Below, piece after piece: positions 1 to 8,508 of a stretch of 32,000 nucleotides of DNA. The translations under genes and the position numbers were made by a program. Each line of letters starts with the position of its first letter. Positions within the stretch are counted from its first letter, which is position 1. A model generated the notes under the pieces. It worked only from the letters and a program-made list of their open reading frames with translations, ran no database searches and had not been told where the DNA came from. The DNA comes from Copranaerobaculum intestinale (GTDB lineage Bacteria > Bacillota_I > Bacilli_A > Erysipelotrichales > Erysipelotrichaceae): contig NZ_WUUQ01000006.1 in assembly GCF_009831105.1 (NCBI RefSeq), positions 60,001-92,000 on the forward strand. The letters are read 5' to 3'.

Positions 1-1
1 C

Positions 2-868
2 AAAGTAAAAATTCCAGGTATCTATGTTGATGCAATTGTAATATCACGTCCGGAAAATCATTGGCAGACATACCAGGGCTATTACAACCCTGCTTTCAGC
101 GGTGAATGCCGGGTGCCTGTGGATTCCATCGAACCAATGGCACTCAATGAGCGTAAGATCATTTGCCGCCGGGCTGCGATGGAGCTCGATCCAAGGGCGA
201 TCATCAACCTGGGCATCGGAATGCCGGAAGGAATCGCGAACGTAGCCAATGAAGAAGGAATGCCGGGTCTAAAGCTGACGGTTGAGACCGGCGGTATCGG
301 CGGTGTACCGGCGGCAGGAACCGCATTCGGTGCAGTTACGAATCCGGAATGCATCATTGATCAGCCGTATCAGTTTGATTTCTATGACGGCGGCGGTCTG
401 GATCAGGCATTCTTAGGCTTGGCGGAATGTGACAAAGAGGGAAATATCAATGTATCACGCTTTGGACCGAAGATTGCCGGCTGCGGCGGATTTATCAATA
501 TCACGCAGACAACTCCGGTAGTTATTTACTGCGGTACCTTTACATCCAAAGGATTGAAGCTGGATATCAAGGATGGCAAGCTGAATATTCTGCAGGATGG
601 CAGTATCATGAAATTCAAAAATAAAGTAGAGCAGGTAACCTTCTCAGCTGAATTTGCGAAGGAACAGCATCAAAAAGTTCTGTATATCACGGAACGATGT
701 GTATTTGAACTGCGTCCGGAAGGCTTGACCCTCACGGAAATTGCCCCGGGAGTGGACTTAAAGAAGGATATTCTGGGACATATGGAATTTGAGCCATTGA
801 TCGCAAAGGATTTAAAACTGATGGATGAGCGCTTATTCCGAGAAGCAAAAATGGGTTTGATAAAATAA
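2..868 (+). CDS. Family-I CoA-transferase (propionate/acetate CoA-transferase, Pct/YdiF-like), 5'-truncated by the window edge
   Basis: The frame is open from nt 2 (KVKIPGIYVDAIVISRPENHW...) and runs into the listed ORF 113..868. It carries the motifs GIGMPEGIANVA and TVETGGIGGVPA, typical of acyl-CoA:acetate/3-ketoacid CoA-transferases. A hairpin plus T-run terminator follows. Confidence 0.8.
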   Translation, partial: KVKIPGIYVDAIVISRPENHWQTYQGYYNPAFSGECRVPVDSIEPMALNERKIICRRAAMELDPRAIINLGIGMPEGIANVANEEGMPGLKLTVETGGIGGVPAAGTAFGAVTNPECIIDQPYQFDFYDGGGLDQAFLGLAECDKEGNINVSRFGPKIAGCGGFINITQTTPVVIYCGTFTSKGLKLDIKDGKLNILQDGSIMKFKNKVEQVTFSAEFAKEQHQKVLYITERCVFELRPEGLTLTEIAPGVDLKKDILGHMEFEPLIAKDLKLMDERLFREAKMGLIK

Positions 869-880
869 TTATGAATATAG

Positions 881-920
881 AAAAAGTACCTTTATAAAAT
901 GATTTGAGGTACTTTTTTAC
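881..920 (+). terminator. Rho-independent terminator after the CoA-transferase gene
   Basis: Arms AAAAAGTACCT (881-891) and AGGTACTTTTT (907-917) are complementary and are followed by a T-run. Confidence 0.7.
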
Positions 921-958
921 CGATTTTACCAAAACATCTACCGATCATGCCAAATAGC

Positions 959-987
959 TTTACGCATTATATGTTTCTTTTTATAAT
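959..987 (+). promoter_or_regulatory. Sigma-70-like promoter for the structured leader/sRNA
   Basis: -35 TTTACG (959-964), a 17-nt spacer, then a perfect -10 TATAAT (982-987). Confidence 0.4.
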
Positions 988-993
988 GTAGAC

Positions 994-1240
994 GTAAAGA
1001 AGCCATAGAGCTTCTTGAAAAGAAAATCGCTTATAGAAATGGATGACAGGCATTCCGGGTCATCATAATAAACAGGAGAATGATGTGCGTCCAAGCATAT
1101 AAGTGATGGTCTTATCCGAAAGTTGAAATTGAAGGAAAATAAGAAAATTGGGAAAATAGGCTTTCGGTAAGACATTCGTGAATATACAGTCCAGCGGATA
1201 GAGGAAGTATGGAAGAAGGCGCTGGGCTGTATATTTTTTT
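994..1240 (+). ncRNA. Candidate structured RNA (cis-regulatory leader or small RNA) upstream of the threonine-aldolase-family gene
   Basis: Three hairpins: 997-1003/1010-1016 (7 bp), 1042-1047/1059-1064 (6 bp) and 1109-1122/1161-1173 (13 bp with one bulge). A terminator-like stem follows at 1186-1196/1220-1230 with a T-run at 1233-1240. No convincing ORF is present. I did not recognise any known riboswitch class. Confidence 0.3.
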
Positions 1241-1326
1241 ATCTGTTTTTTTATGAAAATATACCGTATAATAAAGGCAGTTTGTAAAAGCATGTAAAAT
1301 ATCAAGAAATTGAAAGGGGTGTTTGG

Positions 1327-2355
1327 ATGATCAGCTTTAAGAATGATTACAGTGAGGGTGCCTGCCCACAAATTATGCAGGTTCTTCAGGAAACAAATGA
1401 ACAGCAGTCTGATGGCTATGGACTGGATCCCTATTGTGAAGAAGCAAGGGCGTTAATTAGAAAAAAGCTGGGCTGTGAAAATGGTGATGTTCATTTCTTT
1501 GTGGGCGGTACACAGGCCAATCAGACGATTATCGCCTCCGTACTGCGTCCATATGAAGCGGTGATTGCCGTTGACAGCGGTCATATCAATGTTCATGAAA
1601 CCGGAGCGATCGAAGCAACCGGACATAAAGTGCTGACAGCTTTGGGAAAAGCGGGTAAAGTACTGCCAAAGGAAGTGCAGCAGATTGTTGATGCGCATAC
1701 TGATGAACATATGGTGAAACCGGCAATGGTGTATATTTCTAATGCGACAGAAATCGGTACGGTTTATACTAAGGAAGAATTACAGGCGCTTCGTAAGGTA
1801 TGCGATGAAAACGGTCTTTATCTGTTCATGGATGGAGCCCGGCTGGGAGCGGCAATGAGCGCTTGTGACAATGATGTAAAGTGGACTGATTATCCCGATC
1901 TTGTTGATGTGATGTATATCGGCGGTACTAAAAACGGCGCCTTATTTGGAGAGGCGTGTATCATCATGAATGATGCTTTAAAAAAAGATTTCCGCTATCA
2001 CATCAAACAGCGTGGAGGAATGCTTGCCAAGGGGCGTCTGCTTGGACTTCAGTTTCAGTGTCTGATGCAGGATGACTTGTTGGAAAAATTGGCTGATCAT
2101 GCGGTATCGCAGGCTCAGAAGCTGCAGGCCGGTATCAAGGAAAAGGGCTATACGTTCTTTGTTGAAACAACAACCAATCAGATCTTTCCGATCTTGGACA
2201 ACACAACCATGAAATGTATGGAGGAAAGCTTCGCATTCCAGACATGGGAAACGGTGGATGAAACACATACGGCAATTCGTCTGGTCACCTCTTGGGCAAC
2301 CAAACCGGAGGCAGTTGAGGACTTTCTGCATGCATTGCCGAAGGTTGGAAAATAA
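1327..2355 (+). CDS. Threonine aldolase / beta-eliminating lyase family PLP-dependent enzyme
   Basis: 342 aa. Motifs include FKNDYSEG, GGTQANQ, SGHINVHETGAIE and YIGGTKNGALFGEA (the PLP-lysine region). RBS GAAAGGGG lies upstream of the ATG. Confidence 0.8.
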   Translation: MISFKNDYSEGACPQIMQVLQETNEQQSDGYGLDPYCEEARALIRKKLGCENGDVHFFVGGTQANQTIIASVLRPYEAVIAVDSGHINVHETGAIEATGHKVLTALGKAGKVLPKEVQQIVDAHTDEHMVKPAMVYISNATEIGTVYTKEELQALRKVCDENGLYLFMDGARLGAAMSACDNDVKWTDYPDLVDVMYIGGTKNGALFGEACIIMNDALKKDFRYHIKQRGGMLAKGRLLGLQFQCLMQDDLLEKLADHAVSQAQKLQAGIKEKGYTFFVETTTNQIFPILDNTTMKCMEESFAFQTWETVDETHTAIRLVTSWATKPEAVEDFLHALPKVGK

Positions 2356-2418
2356 GTAACTTTTCTCAATGAGCGAAAGGTTGAAACCGTATTCTTGGAG
2401 TATTAAGGGTATGAAATA

Positions 2419-2447
2419 CAGCGGGTGCTTCTCATCCCGCTTTTTTA
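2419..2447 (+). terminator. Rho-independent terminator
   Basis: AGCGGG / CCCGCT stem followed by TTTTTT. Confidence 0.55.
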
Positions 2448-2530
2448 ATGTATATTTTTTTCTTTTCTCTTTTCTGATTTCACATATTATATTGATCGGG
2501 TGTATAATATTTTATTAGGAAGGTGAGAAC

Positions 2531-3205
2531 ATGAATCTATCATATTGGCAGGATATCGAGTTTTTGATTCGAATTATATTAGCGGCAGTTTGCGGTGGCA
2601 TCATTGGCTATGAACGCCAAAACCGCAAGAAAATGGCTGGTATTCGTACCCACTTGATTGTTGCGCTCGGATCCGCACTTATCATGATTGTATCAAAATA
2701 TGGTTTTTCCGATATTTTAGGACTAAAAGGAATAGCGTTGGATCCGTCCCGTATTGCGGCTCAAATCGTTACGGGGGTGGGCTTCTTAGGTGCCGGTATT
2801 ATCTTTGTCCGACATGAAACAATAAATGGATTAACCACTGCGGCTGGTATCTGGGCGACTGCCGGGGTTGGTATGGCGATCGGTGCGGGACTATACAGCC
2901 TTGGTATTGCCACGGCAGTGGTTATCATTCTGGTTCAGATTATCTTGCACCGACAATTCAAGTGGCTGCAGGAACCGATCATCAATCAGATTACCATTCA
3001 GATTCAGGATGAACCGCATGTCCTCAGTCAGATTAAACAGATGTTTGAGGAAAACGGATTTACGATCGAGCATATGAAAGCTTCCAAGGGTGATGGTGAT
3101 GACCTCACTGTCAAGATGACAATTATATACCCCTTAGGTAAGCATGATCAGGATTTACTGGATATGATTCATCAGGACAAAGCGATTCACGTCTTGGAAT
3201 TCTAG
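2531..3205 (+). CDS. mgtC: MgtC/SapB-family membrane protein
   Basis: 224 aa. The N-terminus reads LIRIILAAVCGGIIGYERQNRKKMAGIRTHLIV, typical of MgtC, followed by hydrophobic helices and a soluble C-terminal domain. An extended -10 (TGTATAAT, 2501-2508) and RBS GGAAGGTGAG lie upstream. Confidence 0.85.
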   Translation: MNLSYWQDIEFLIRIILAAVCGGIIGYERQNRKKMAGIRTHLIVALGSALIMIVSKYGFSDILGLKGIALDPSRIAAQIVTGVGFLGAGIIFVRHETINGLTTAAGIWATAGVGMAIGAGLYSLGIATAVVIILVQIILHRQFKWLQEPIINQITIQIQDEPHVLSQIKQMFEENGFTIEHMKASKGDGDDLTVKMTIIYPLGKHDQDLLDMIHQDKAIHVLEF

Positions 3206-3512
3206 TGTTTTTAATAGGGATATGTAACCATAAAAATATAATGAAAATTGGGACAGCGATTTTATCATAATTGCTTTTCTGCTTAGATCTGTATCATCAC
3301 CGTATTATGTGTTTTATGCATGTGATGAGAAGCGTGCAGGTTGATGATACATGATAAAAACTAAAAAGTGTGAGTAATGTTAGTATATCAATAGCATGAA
3401 ATTTAACAGCTGGGAAGGGAATAGTCCTTATTCATTACCAAACACAGAGCGTAAGCAGATGATACTTTAAAAGTGGATGCCGGAATTGCATACGGATATG
3501 TAAGAAACTGCA

Positions 3513-3538
3513 AGGGCGTGTGATCACGCTCTTTTTAT
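3513..3538 (+). terminator. Terminator-like hairpin inside the long mgtC-ABC intergenic region
   Basis: AGGGCGTG / CACGCTCT stem (one mismatch), loop TGAT, then TTTTAT. Confidence 0.45.
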
Positions 3539-3757
3539 ATGGAAGGATTTGATGAAAGATTTCATACATAAAGGTTAGTTGGTAAAAAATAAATATAATA
3601 CTTGCAATCACAATCTAAAAAGTATAAAAAAACCAATGATAGCTTAGATTAGGCAGGGTAGTGATCAGATGCTTACAATCATAAAAAAGGCATATGATAA
3701 CGTTTAACAAAACCCTTTGATTATGGTAAACTTATTTAAATGACGGGAGGGATAGCA

Positions 3758-5479
3758 ATGGTAAAACGTTTTATTTCGTATTATAAACCGCATATGCGTC
3801 TGTTCATCTTGGACATGGCAGCCGCTTTTTTTATTGCGGTAGGGGATTTGTTTTATCCAATTATTACCCGGGACATGTTAAATATTTACATTCCGCGGAA
3901 AGAGATTCAACTGTTAATTGTATGGAGTATTGTGCTGCTGGTCGTTTATCTGATAAAAATGGTGCTGAATTATTTTGTGCAGTATTATGGACATCTGGTA
4001 GGTGTCTATATGCAAGCGGATATGCGCCGTCAGATGTTTAGGCGGCTTCAAAAGCTTCCGTTCAGTTATTTTGATGAACATGAAACAGGACAGATCATGT
4101 CGAGAATGGTGAATGATTTAATGGATATAGCAGAGCTTGCTCATCATGGCCCGGAGGATTTATTTATTTCCATTGTTATGATCATCGGAGCATTCTTCTA
4201 TTTGTGCACGATCAATATACCATTAACCGTAATTATCTTTATCTTTATTCCGATACTGGTCTATTTTAGTATTCGCATGCGAACCAGAATGTCTGAGGCA
4301 TTCACCGAGAGCCGAGTAAAGGTAGCCATGATCAATGCCAATCTGGAAAACAGTATATCCGGGATTCGCGTATCAAAAGCTTTTACGAATGGTATATATG
4401 AAGAGGAAAAGTTTCAGAAGGGAAATCATGCCTTTATCAAGGCGAGAGAAAAAGCGTATAAAGCAATGGGACAATTTTTCAGCGGAACCGGCTTTATCAT
4501 GGATTTACTGAATGTAGTTGTTTTGGTAGCAGGCGGTATTTATACCTATTACGGTCAGATCAATTATGGAGATTTGGTAGCTTATATGTTGTTTATCAAT
4601 ATGTTTATCAATCCGATCAAAAAGCTGATCAATTTTATGGAAATGTTCCAGGAAGGCATGACCGGCTTTAAGCGTTTCTGTGAGCTTGTCGATGAACCGA
4701 TTGAAGAAGAACAGCCCGATGCGGTGGAACTCAAAAATGTCCAGGGAGAGATTGTGTTCGATCATGTAAGCTTTACATATACAGACGGCAAAGAAGTATT
4801 GCACGATGTGAATCTGCATATTCGGAAGGGGGAAAAGCTCGCCCTGGTAGGACCAAGCGGCGGTGGAAAAACAACTATTTGTCATTTGATTCCGCATTTC
4901 TATACCCTGGACAGTGGGATGATTTCGATTGACGGTACACCGATCAAAGATATCCGTTTTGAAAGCTTGAGAAAAAACATCGGCATCGTTCAGCAGGATG
5001 TATTCCTCTTTGGTGGATCAATCCGTGATAATATAGCTTATGGAGATCTATCAGCGGGTGATGATGCCATCATGGAAGCCGCAAAACGGGCCAATATCCA
5101 TGATTACATTATGAGCCTTCCAGAAGGTTATCATACCAACATCGGAGAACGCGGTGTGAAATTATCGGGCGGTCAAAAACAGCGTCTGTCGATTGCCAGG
5201 GTGTTTCTGAAGGATCCGGCTATTTTGATTTTGGATGAAGCAACCAGTGCTTTAGATAATACGACGGAGCTATTGATTCAGGAAGCGCTGGATGAATTAT
5301 GCAAAGGACGTACGACCTTAATTGTGGCGCATCGTTTATCAACGATAAAAAATGCGGACACGATCGTTGTGATTACCCACGGACAAATTGATGAAATCGG
5401 CACCCATGAGGAATTGCTTAAAAAAGATGGTTTATATACAAAGCTGTATAACAGTCAATTTAAGACGATGGACGATTAG
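3758..5479 (+). CDS. ABC transporter, fused permease/ATP-binding exporter (type-I half-transporter)
   Basis: An N-terminal transmembrane domain is followed by Walker A GPSGGGKTT, signature LSGGQKQR and Walker B ILILDEATSALD. I prefer the ATG at 3758 over 3740 because GGGAGG (3745-3750) sits 7 nt upstream of it. Confidence 0.9.
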   Translation: MVKRFISYYKPHMRLFILDMAAAFFIAVGDLFYPIITRDMLNIYIPRKEIQLLIVWSIVLLVVYLIKMVLNYFVQYYGHLVGVYMQADMRRQMFRRLQKLPFSYFDEHETGQIMSRMVNDLMDIAELAHHGPEDLFISIVMIIGAFFYLCTINIPLTVIIFIFIPILVYFSIRMRTRMSEAFTESRVKVAMINANLENSISGIRVSKAFTNGIYEEEKFQKGNHAFIKAREKAYKAMGQFFSGTGFIMDLLNVVVLVAGGIYTYYGQINYGDLVAYMLFINMFINPIKKLINFMEMFQEGMTGFKRFCELVDEPIEEEQPDAVELKNVQGEIVFDHVSFTYTDGKEVLHDVNLHIRKGEKLALVGPSGGGKTTICHLIPHFYTLDSGMISIDGTPIKDIRFESLRKNIGIVQQDVFLFGGSIRDNIAYGDLSAGDDAIMEAAKRANIHDYIMSLPEGYHTNIGERGVKLSGGQKQRLSIARVFLKDPAILILDEATSALDNTTELLIQEALDELCKGRTTLIVAHRLSTIKNADTIVVITHGQIDEIGTHEELLKKDGLYTKLYNSQFKTMDD

Positions 5480-5622
5480 CAGAGAACGGCTATGAAATGT
5501 GTAATTTCAAGCAAGACTTTGATAACCGGTAAATGACTGACTGCATTACTGATGAAATTTATTATCGGCAGCTGAATGACATGTATTCTATTTATTTTTG
5601 ATCAATTATCATAAATATGAAT

Positions 5623-5703
5623 AAAAAAGAATGCCAATAACATGCGCCTCCGTTTATTGTTGTCCAACTTACGGGGTGCACTTCATAATGGCATTCTTTT
5701 TTT
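5623..5703. terminator. Long inverted repeat between convergent genes (possible bidirectional terminator)
   Basis: AAAAAAGAATGCCA (5623-5636) is complementary to TGGCATTCTTTTTT (5689-5703). An A-run flanks one side and a T-run the other. The loop is large (about 50 nt). Confidence 0.4.
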
Positions 5704-6337
5704 ATAAATACTTTTCGGCTTCCCGAAGCAGCAGCGTTTTCCAGCTTTCACTTTTTGAGAGCTGTTCCTCCATCCGCTTTTGCCAAGCAGTACGCAAGGC
5801 ATCATCCTGTAAAGAGGACAGGTTGATCCGTACATTGTATCCTGCGCTTTTTACCGCAGTATCCAGCATTAGGACACCGACTGCAATGTCAGATACGGCA
5901 TTTTTATTTCCGAAAGGAATGATGTCCATAAACGTACTCATGATTTCGGTACTCAGTTCCATGATGTGATAGGGAGATTCAATTGCCGTAATGGTAGCTT
6001 TCTGCATTGCTTCACTGCGGGCAGTCCTTTGTTCATCACTATCTTTAGGCATATGAATAGCTTCCATAACCGTATTATACGCTTCACTGTCTTGATCGAT
6101 TGCTTCCAGCAGTTCACTGCGTTTGGCTTCCATCATTTGAAAAGTCCGCAGAAACTGTATCTGTACTGTCTCATCCAAGTCTTTAAAGCGTTTTTTGGAA
6201 ATTGATAAATGCGCATACATGCGGCTCAATGCAACTCCCAGCGAACCGCATAATGCGGCAACACTGCCGCCGCCGGGGGCAGGGGAAGGGCTGTCCACTT
6301 CATTTAAAAAGTCAATTATTTTCATTTCCTGATACAT
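5702..6337 (-). CDS. Formimidoyltetrahydrofolate cyclodeaminase / methenyl-THF cyclohydrolase family (FtcD C-terminal-domain type)
   Basis: Motif SPSPAPGGGSVAALCGSLGVAL, typical of the cyclodeaminase/cyclohydrolase family. The ATG at 6337 has RBS GAAAGG 9 nt upstream and lies 1 nt after the hutI stop. The upstream ATG at 6358 is an alternative start. Confidence 0.8.
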   Translation of the reverse strand: MYQEMKIIDFLNEVDSPSPAPGGGSVAALCGSLGVALSRMYAHLSISKKRFKDLDETVQIQFLRTFQMMEAKRSELLEAIDQDSEAYNTVMEAIHMPKDSDEQRTARSEAMQKATITAIESPYHIMELSTEIMSTFMDIIPFGNKNAVSDIAVGVLMLDTAVKSAGYNVRINLSSLQDDALRTAWQKRMEEQLSKSESWKTLLLREAEKYL

Positions 6338-6338
6338 A

Positions 6339-7559
6339 TTACACAACCTTTCGTCCATTCTTATATACCTGAGTTATCGGATTTTTCTGCATGTTTGCGA
6401 TCACTTCATCAAAGCTGGCGACGTTCATAACGATAAAGTCAGCCTGCTTGCCAACCTCCAGTGAACCGATTTCATGATCGCGGTCAACTGCTTTGGCGGC
6501 ATTGATCGTAGCCATGCTGAGTACTTCGTTCGGCGTTAGCTTATAACCGCGGCTGGCGATTCTAAGCATCCATAGAAAGTCACTGCATGGGCAGGAACCG
6601 GGATTATAATCTGTGGCAACCGCGAGGGTAACACCATGCTTCAGCATCATTTTTGCGCGGGCATATGCGCTGCCCAAGTTAAAAGAGGTAGCAGGCAGCA
6701 GTACTGCCATTATATCATGAGCCGCTAGCTTATCACTGTCCGCTTCTGTGGTTACCATACAATGCTCCACACTGACAGCGCCCAGTTCACAGGCAACATC
6801 AACACCGCCGATGGATGCGATCTCATCGACATGAATTTTGATCTTTAATCCGGCGTCTTTGCCGATCTGTAAAATTTCTTTGGCTTCTTCAGCATTAAAT
6901 ACACCGGTTTCCAGAAAACAATCCATATATTCAGCCAGATGGTGTTCCATAACATAGGGAAGTACTTCATTCTTCTGATAGGTAAAGAAGGCATGCGCAT
7001 CAGGATAATTTTTAGGGCGGGCATGCGCGGGAAGAAATGAAGAAATAAGCGTGATCGGTGTGTCCTTCTGCAGCTCCTTCACCACTTCCAGCTGTTTGAT
7101 TTCCGTATCTCTATCCAAGCCGTAGCCGCTTTTTGCTTCCAGGGTCGTTACACCGCACGTCAGCATATAATCCAGTGTAGCTTTGGCCTTGTTATATAAT
7201 TCTTCAAACGTGGCTTTGCGGGTTGCTTCCACTGTGGCATGAATCCCGCCGCCGGCCTGTAAGATATCCAAATAGGCAACTCCGGCCATTTTTTTCCGAT
7301 ATTCATTGCTTCGATCTCCGCCGTATACCAAATGGGTATGCGCATCTATAAAACCGGGCAATACGATCTGGTTATTACAGTCGATGATTTCTCCGTCGAC
7401 GAATGGTGCTTTGCCTGTGCCGATTTCTTGAACCCGCCCATCCGCTACGATCATCCAAGCATGTTCAATGATCGATGCATCATCCAGCCGGTCTTTTTTA
7501 CGGACGCCGCCGGCCATGGTATACAGCTTGGCGATATTGGTAAACAGTTTAATGGACAT
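6339..7559 (-). CDS. hutI: Imidazolonepropionase
   Basis: Amidohydrolase-fold motifs (GFIDAHTHLVYGGDRSNEY, KIHVDE, ATDYNPGS) and placement in the hut operon. The ATG at 7559 is preceded by AAGGTG; the listed start at 7568 is TTG. Confidence 0.9.
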   Translation of the reverse strand: MSIKLFTNIAKLYTMAGGVRKKDRLDDASIIEHAWMIVADGRVQEIGTGKAPFVDGEIIDCNNQIVLPGFIDAHTHLVYGGDRSNEYRKKMAGVAYLDILQAGGGIHATVEATRKATFEELYNKAKATLDYMLTCGVTTLEAKSGYGLDRDTEIKQLEVVKELQKDTPITLISSFLPAHARPKNYPDAHAFFTYQKNEVLPYVMEHHLAEYMDCFLETGVFNAEEAKEILQIGKDAGLKIKIHVDEIASIGGVDVACELGAVSVEHCMVTTEADSDKLAAHDIMAVLLPATSFNLGSAYARAKMMLKHGVTLAVATDYNPGSCPCSDFLWMLRIASRGYKLTPNEVLSMATINAAKAVDRDHEIGSLEVGKQADFIVMNVASFDEVIANMQKNPITQVYKNGRKVV

Positions 7560-8508
7560 GGTACTCAATCACCTTGGAAGCGTCAAAATCATGAAGCTTC
7601 AGCTGTTCACTTACATAAGCGACAAGCTCTTCCAAATTCAATGTCACCTCAGCTTTGGAAGCGACATGAAGATAGTAAGCGGCAATATCCTTTAAACAAT
7701 CCACGGATACAAGGCCGATGAATTCAGAACCAATCACTTTTACATCATAGCGCTTTGCTTCCATCTTAACGGCTTCAAAGGCACGGTATACGCTGGTTTT
7801 GGTAAAATCGGTTACATTCATGGTCACCTGAACGATTCCTTTATCTTCCAGGGTAACGGGTCCCGCCTGAATACAGCGGTATCCGCCGCCTGAGTAACGA
7901 ACCATGCGGGCAATTGCGGCCGCGATCTTACGGTTATCCGTATTCAGATCAATATTAAAAGCAATTAATAGCGGACGGCATCCTACTGCGGTTACCCCGG
8001 CTGTGGGATGCACGGCAGTTCCAAAATCCGGCTTCCAATACGGATCCTTCAATTTTTCTGCCATACCTTCAAATTCACCCTTGCGGATATCCGGCAAGCT
8101 GGCGCATTGTTCACGCTTTGCGGAAAGCGAATACAGGAAAACCGGAATATCGGTTGCTTCATGAAGCTCTTTGGCGCATTCTTCACTCAGCGCAACGGCT
8201 TCCTCAACTGTCATATCCTGAATTGGTATGAATGGCACCACATCAATCGCGCCCATTCGTTTGTGTTCCCCATGGTGTTTTCGCATGTCAATGCATTCCA
8301 CCGCGATTTTAGCGGATTCTACCATTGCGGCTTTAACCGCCTGCGGTTCTCCGATTACTGTTACCACAGTGCGGTTGTAGCTGGTATCACCTTCGACATT
8401 TACCAGGTGTACGCCCTTGGTTGTCTGAAAGGGTAAGGTAATTTGTTCCATCGCGGCAGGATTGCCGCTGATGGAGTAATTTGGCACACATTCTACGATC
8501 TTAGTCAT
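7549..8508 (-). CDS. Glutamate formimidoyltransferase (FtcD N-terminal-domain type)
   Basis: 319 aa starting MTKIVECVPNYS. RBS AAGGAG lies 7 nt upstream. The start overlaps the hutU stop by 8 nt. Confidence 0.85.
   Translation of the reverse strand: MTKIVECVPNYSISGNPAAMEQITLPFQTTKGVHLVNVEGDTSYNRTVVTVIGEPQAVKAAMVESAKIAVECIDMRKHHGEHKRMGAIDVVPFIPIQDMTVEEAVALSEECAKELHEATDIPVFLYSLSAKREQCASLPDIRKGEFEGMAEKLKDPYWKPDFGTAVHPTAGVTAVGCRPLLIAFNIDLNTDNRKIAAAIARMVRYSGGGYRCIQAGPVTLEDKGIVQVTMNVTDFTKTSVYRAFEAVKMEAKRYDVKVIGSEFIGLVSVDCLKDIAAYYLHVASKAEVTLNLEELVAYVSEQLKLHDFDASKVIEYHVH

Noticed and set aside
994-1240. Assigning the leader to a known riboswitch or T-box class (glycine, THF, ZTP, T-box)
   Set aside because: I could not find the conserved cores of these classes (for example the T-box AGGGUGGNACCGCG or glycine-riboswitch GGAGAG/CACCG elements). 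I left it as an unclassified candidate.
981-1371. Minus-strand ORFs 981..1175 (64 aa) and 1063..1371 (102 aa)
   Set aside because: Their translations are Phe/Ile/Leu-rich and low-complexity, driven by AT-rich DNA. They have no RBS and overlap each other and the start of the aldolase gene. The region is better explained as a structured non-coding leader.
5631-5969. 112-aa plus-strand ORF overlapping the cyclodeaminase gene
   Set aside because: It is antisense to a well-supported CDS, and its Ser/Cys/Phe-rich product has no motifs or RBS.
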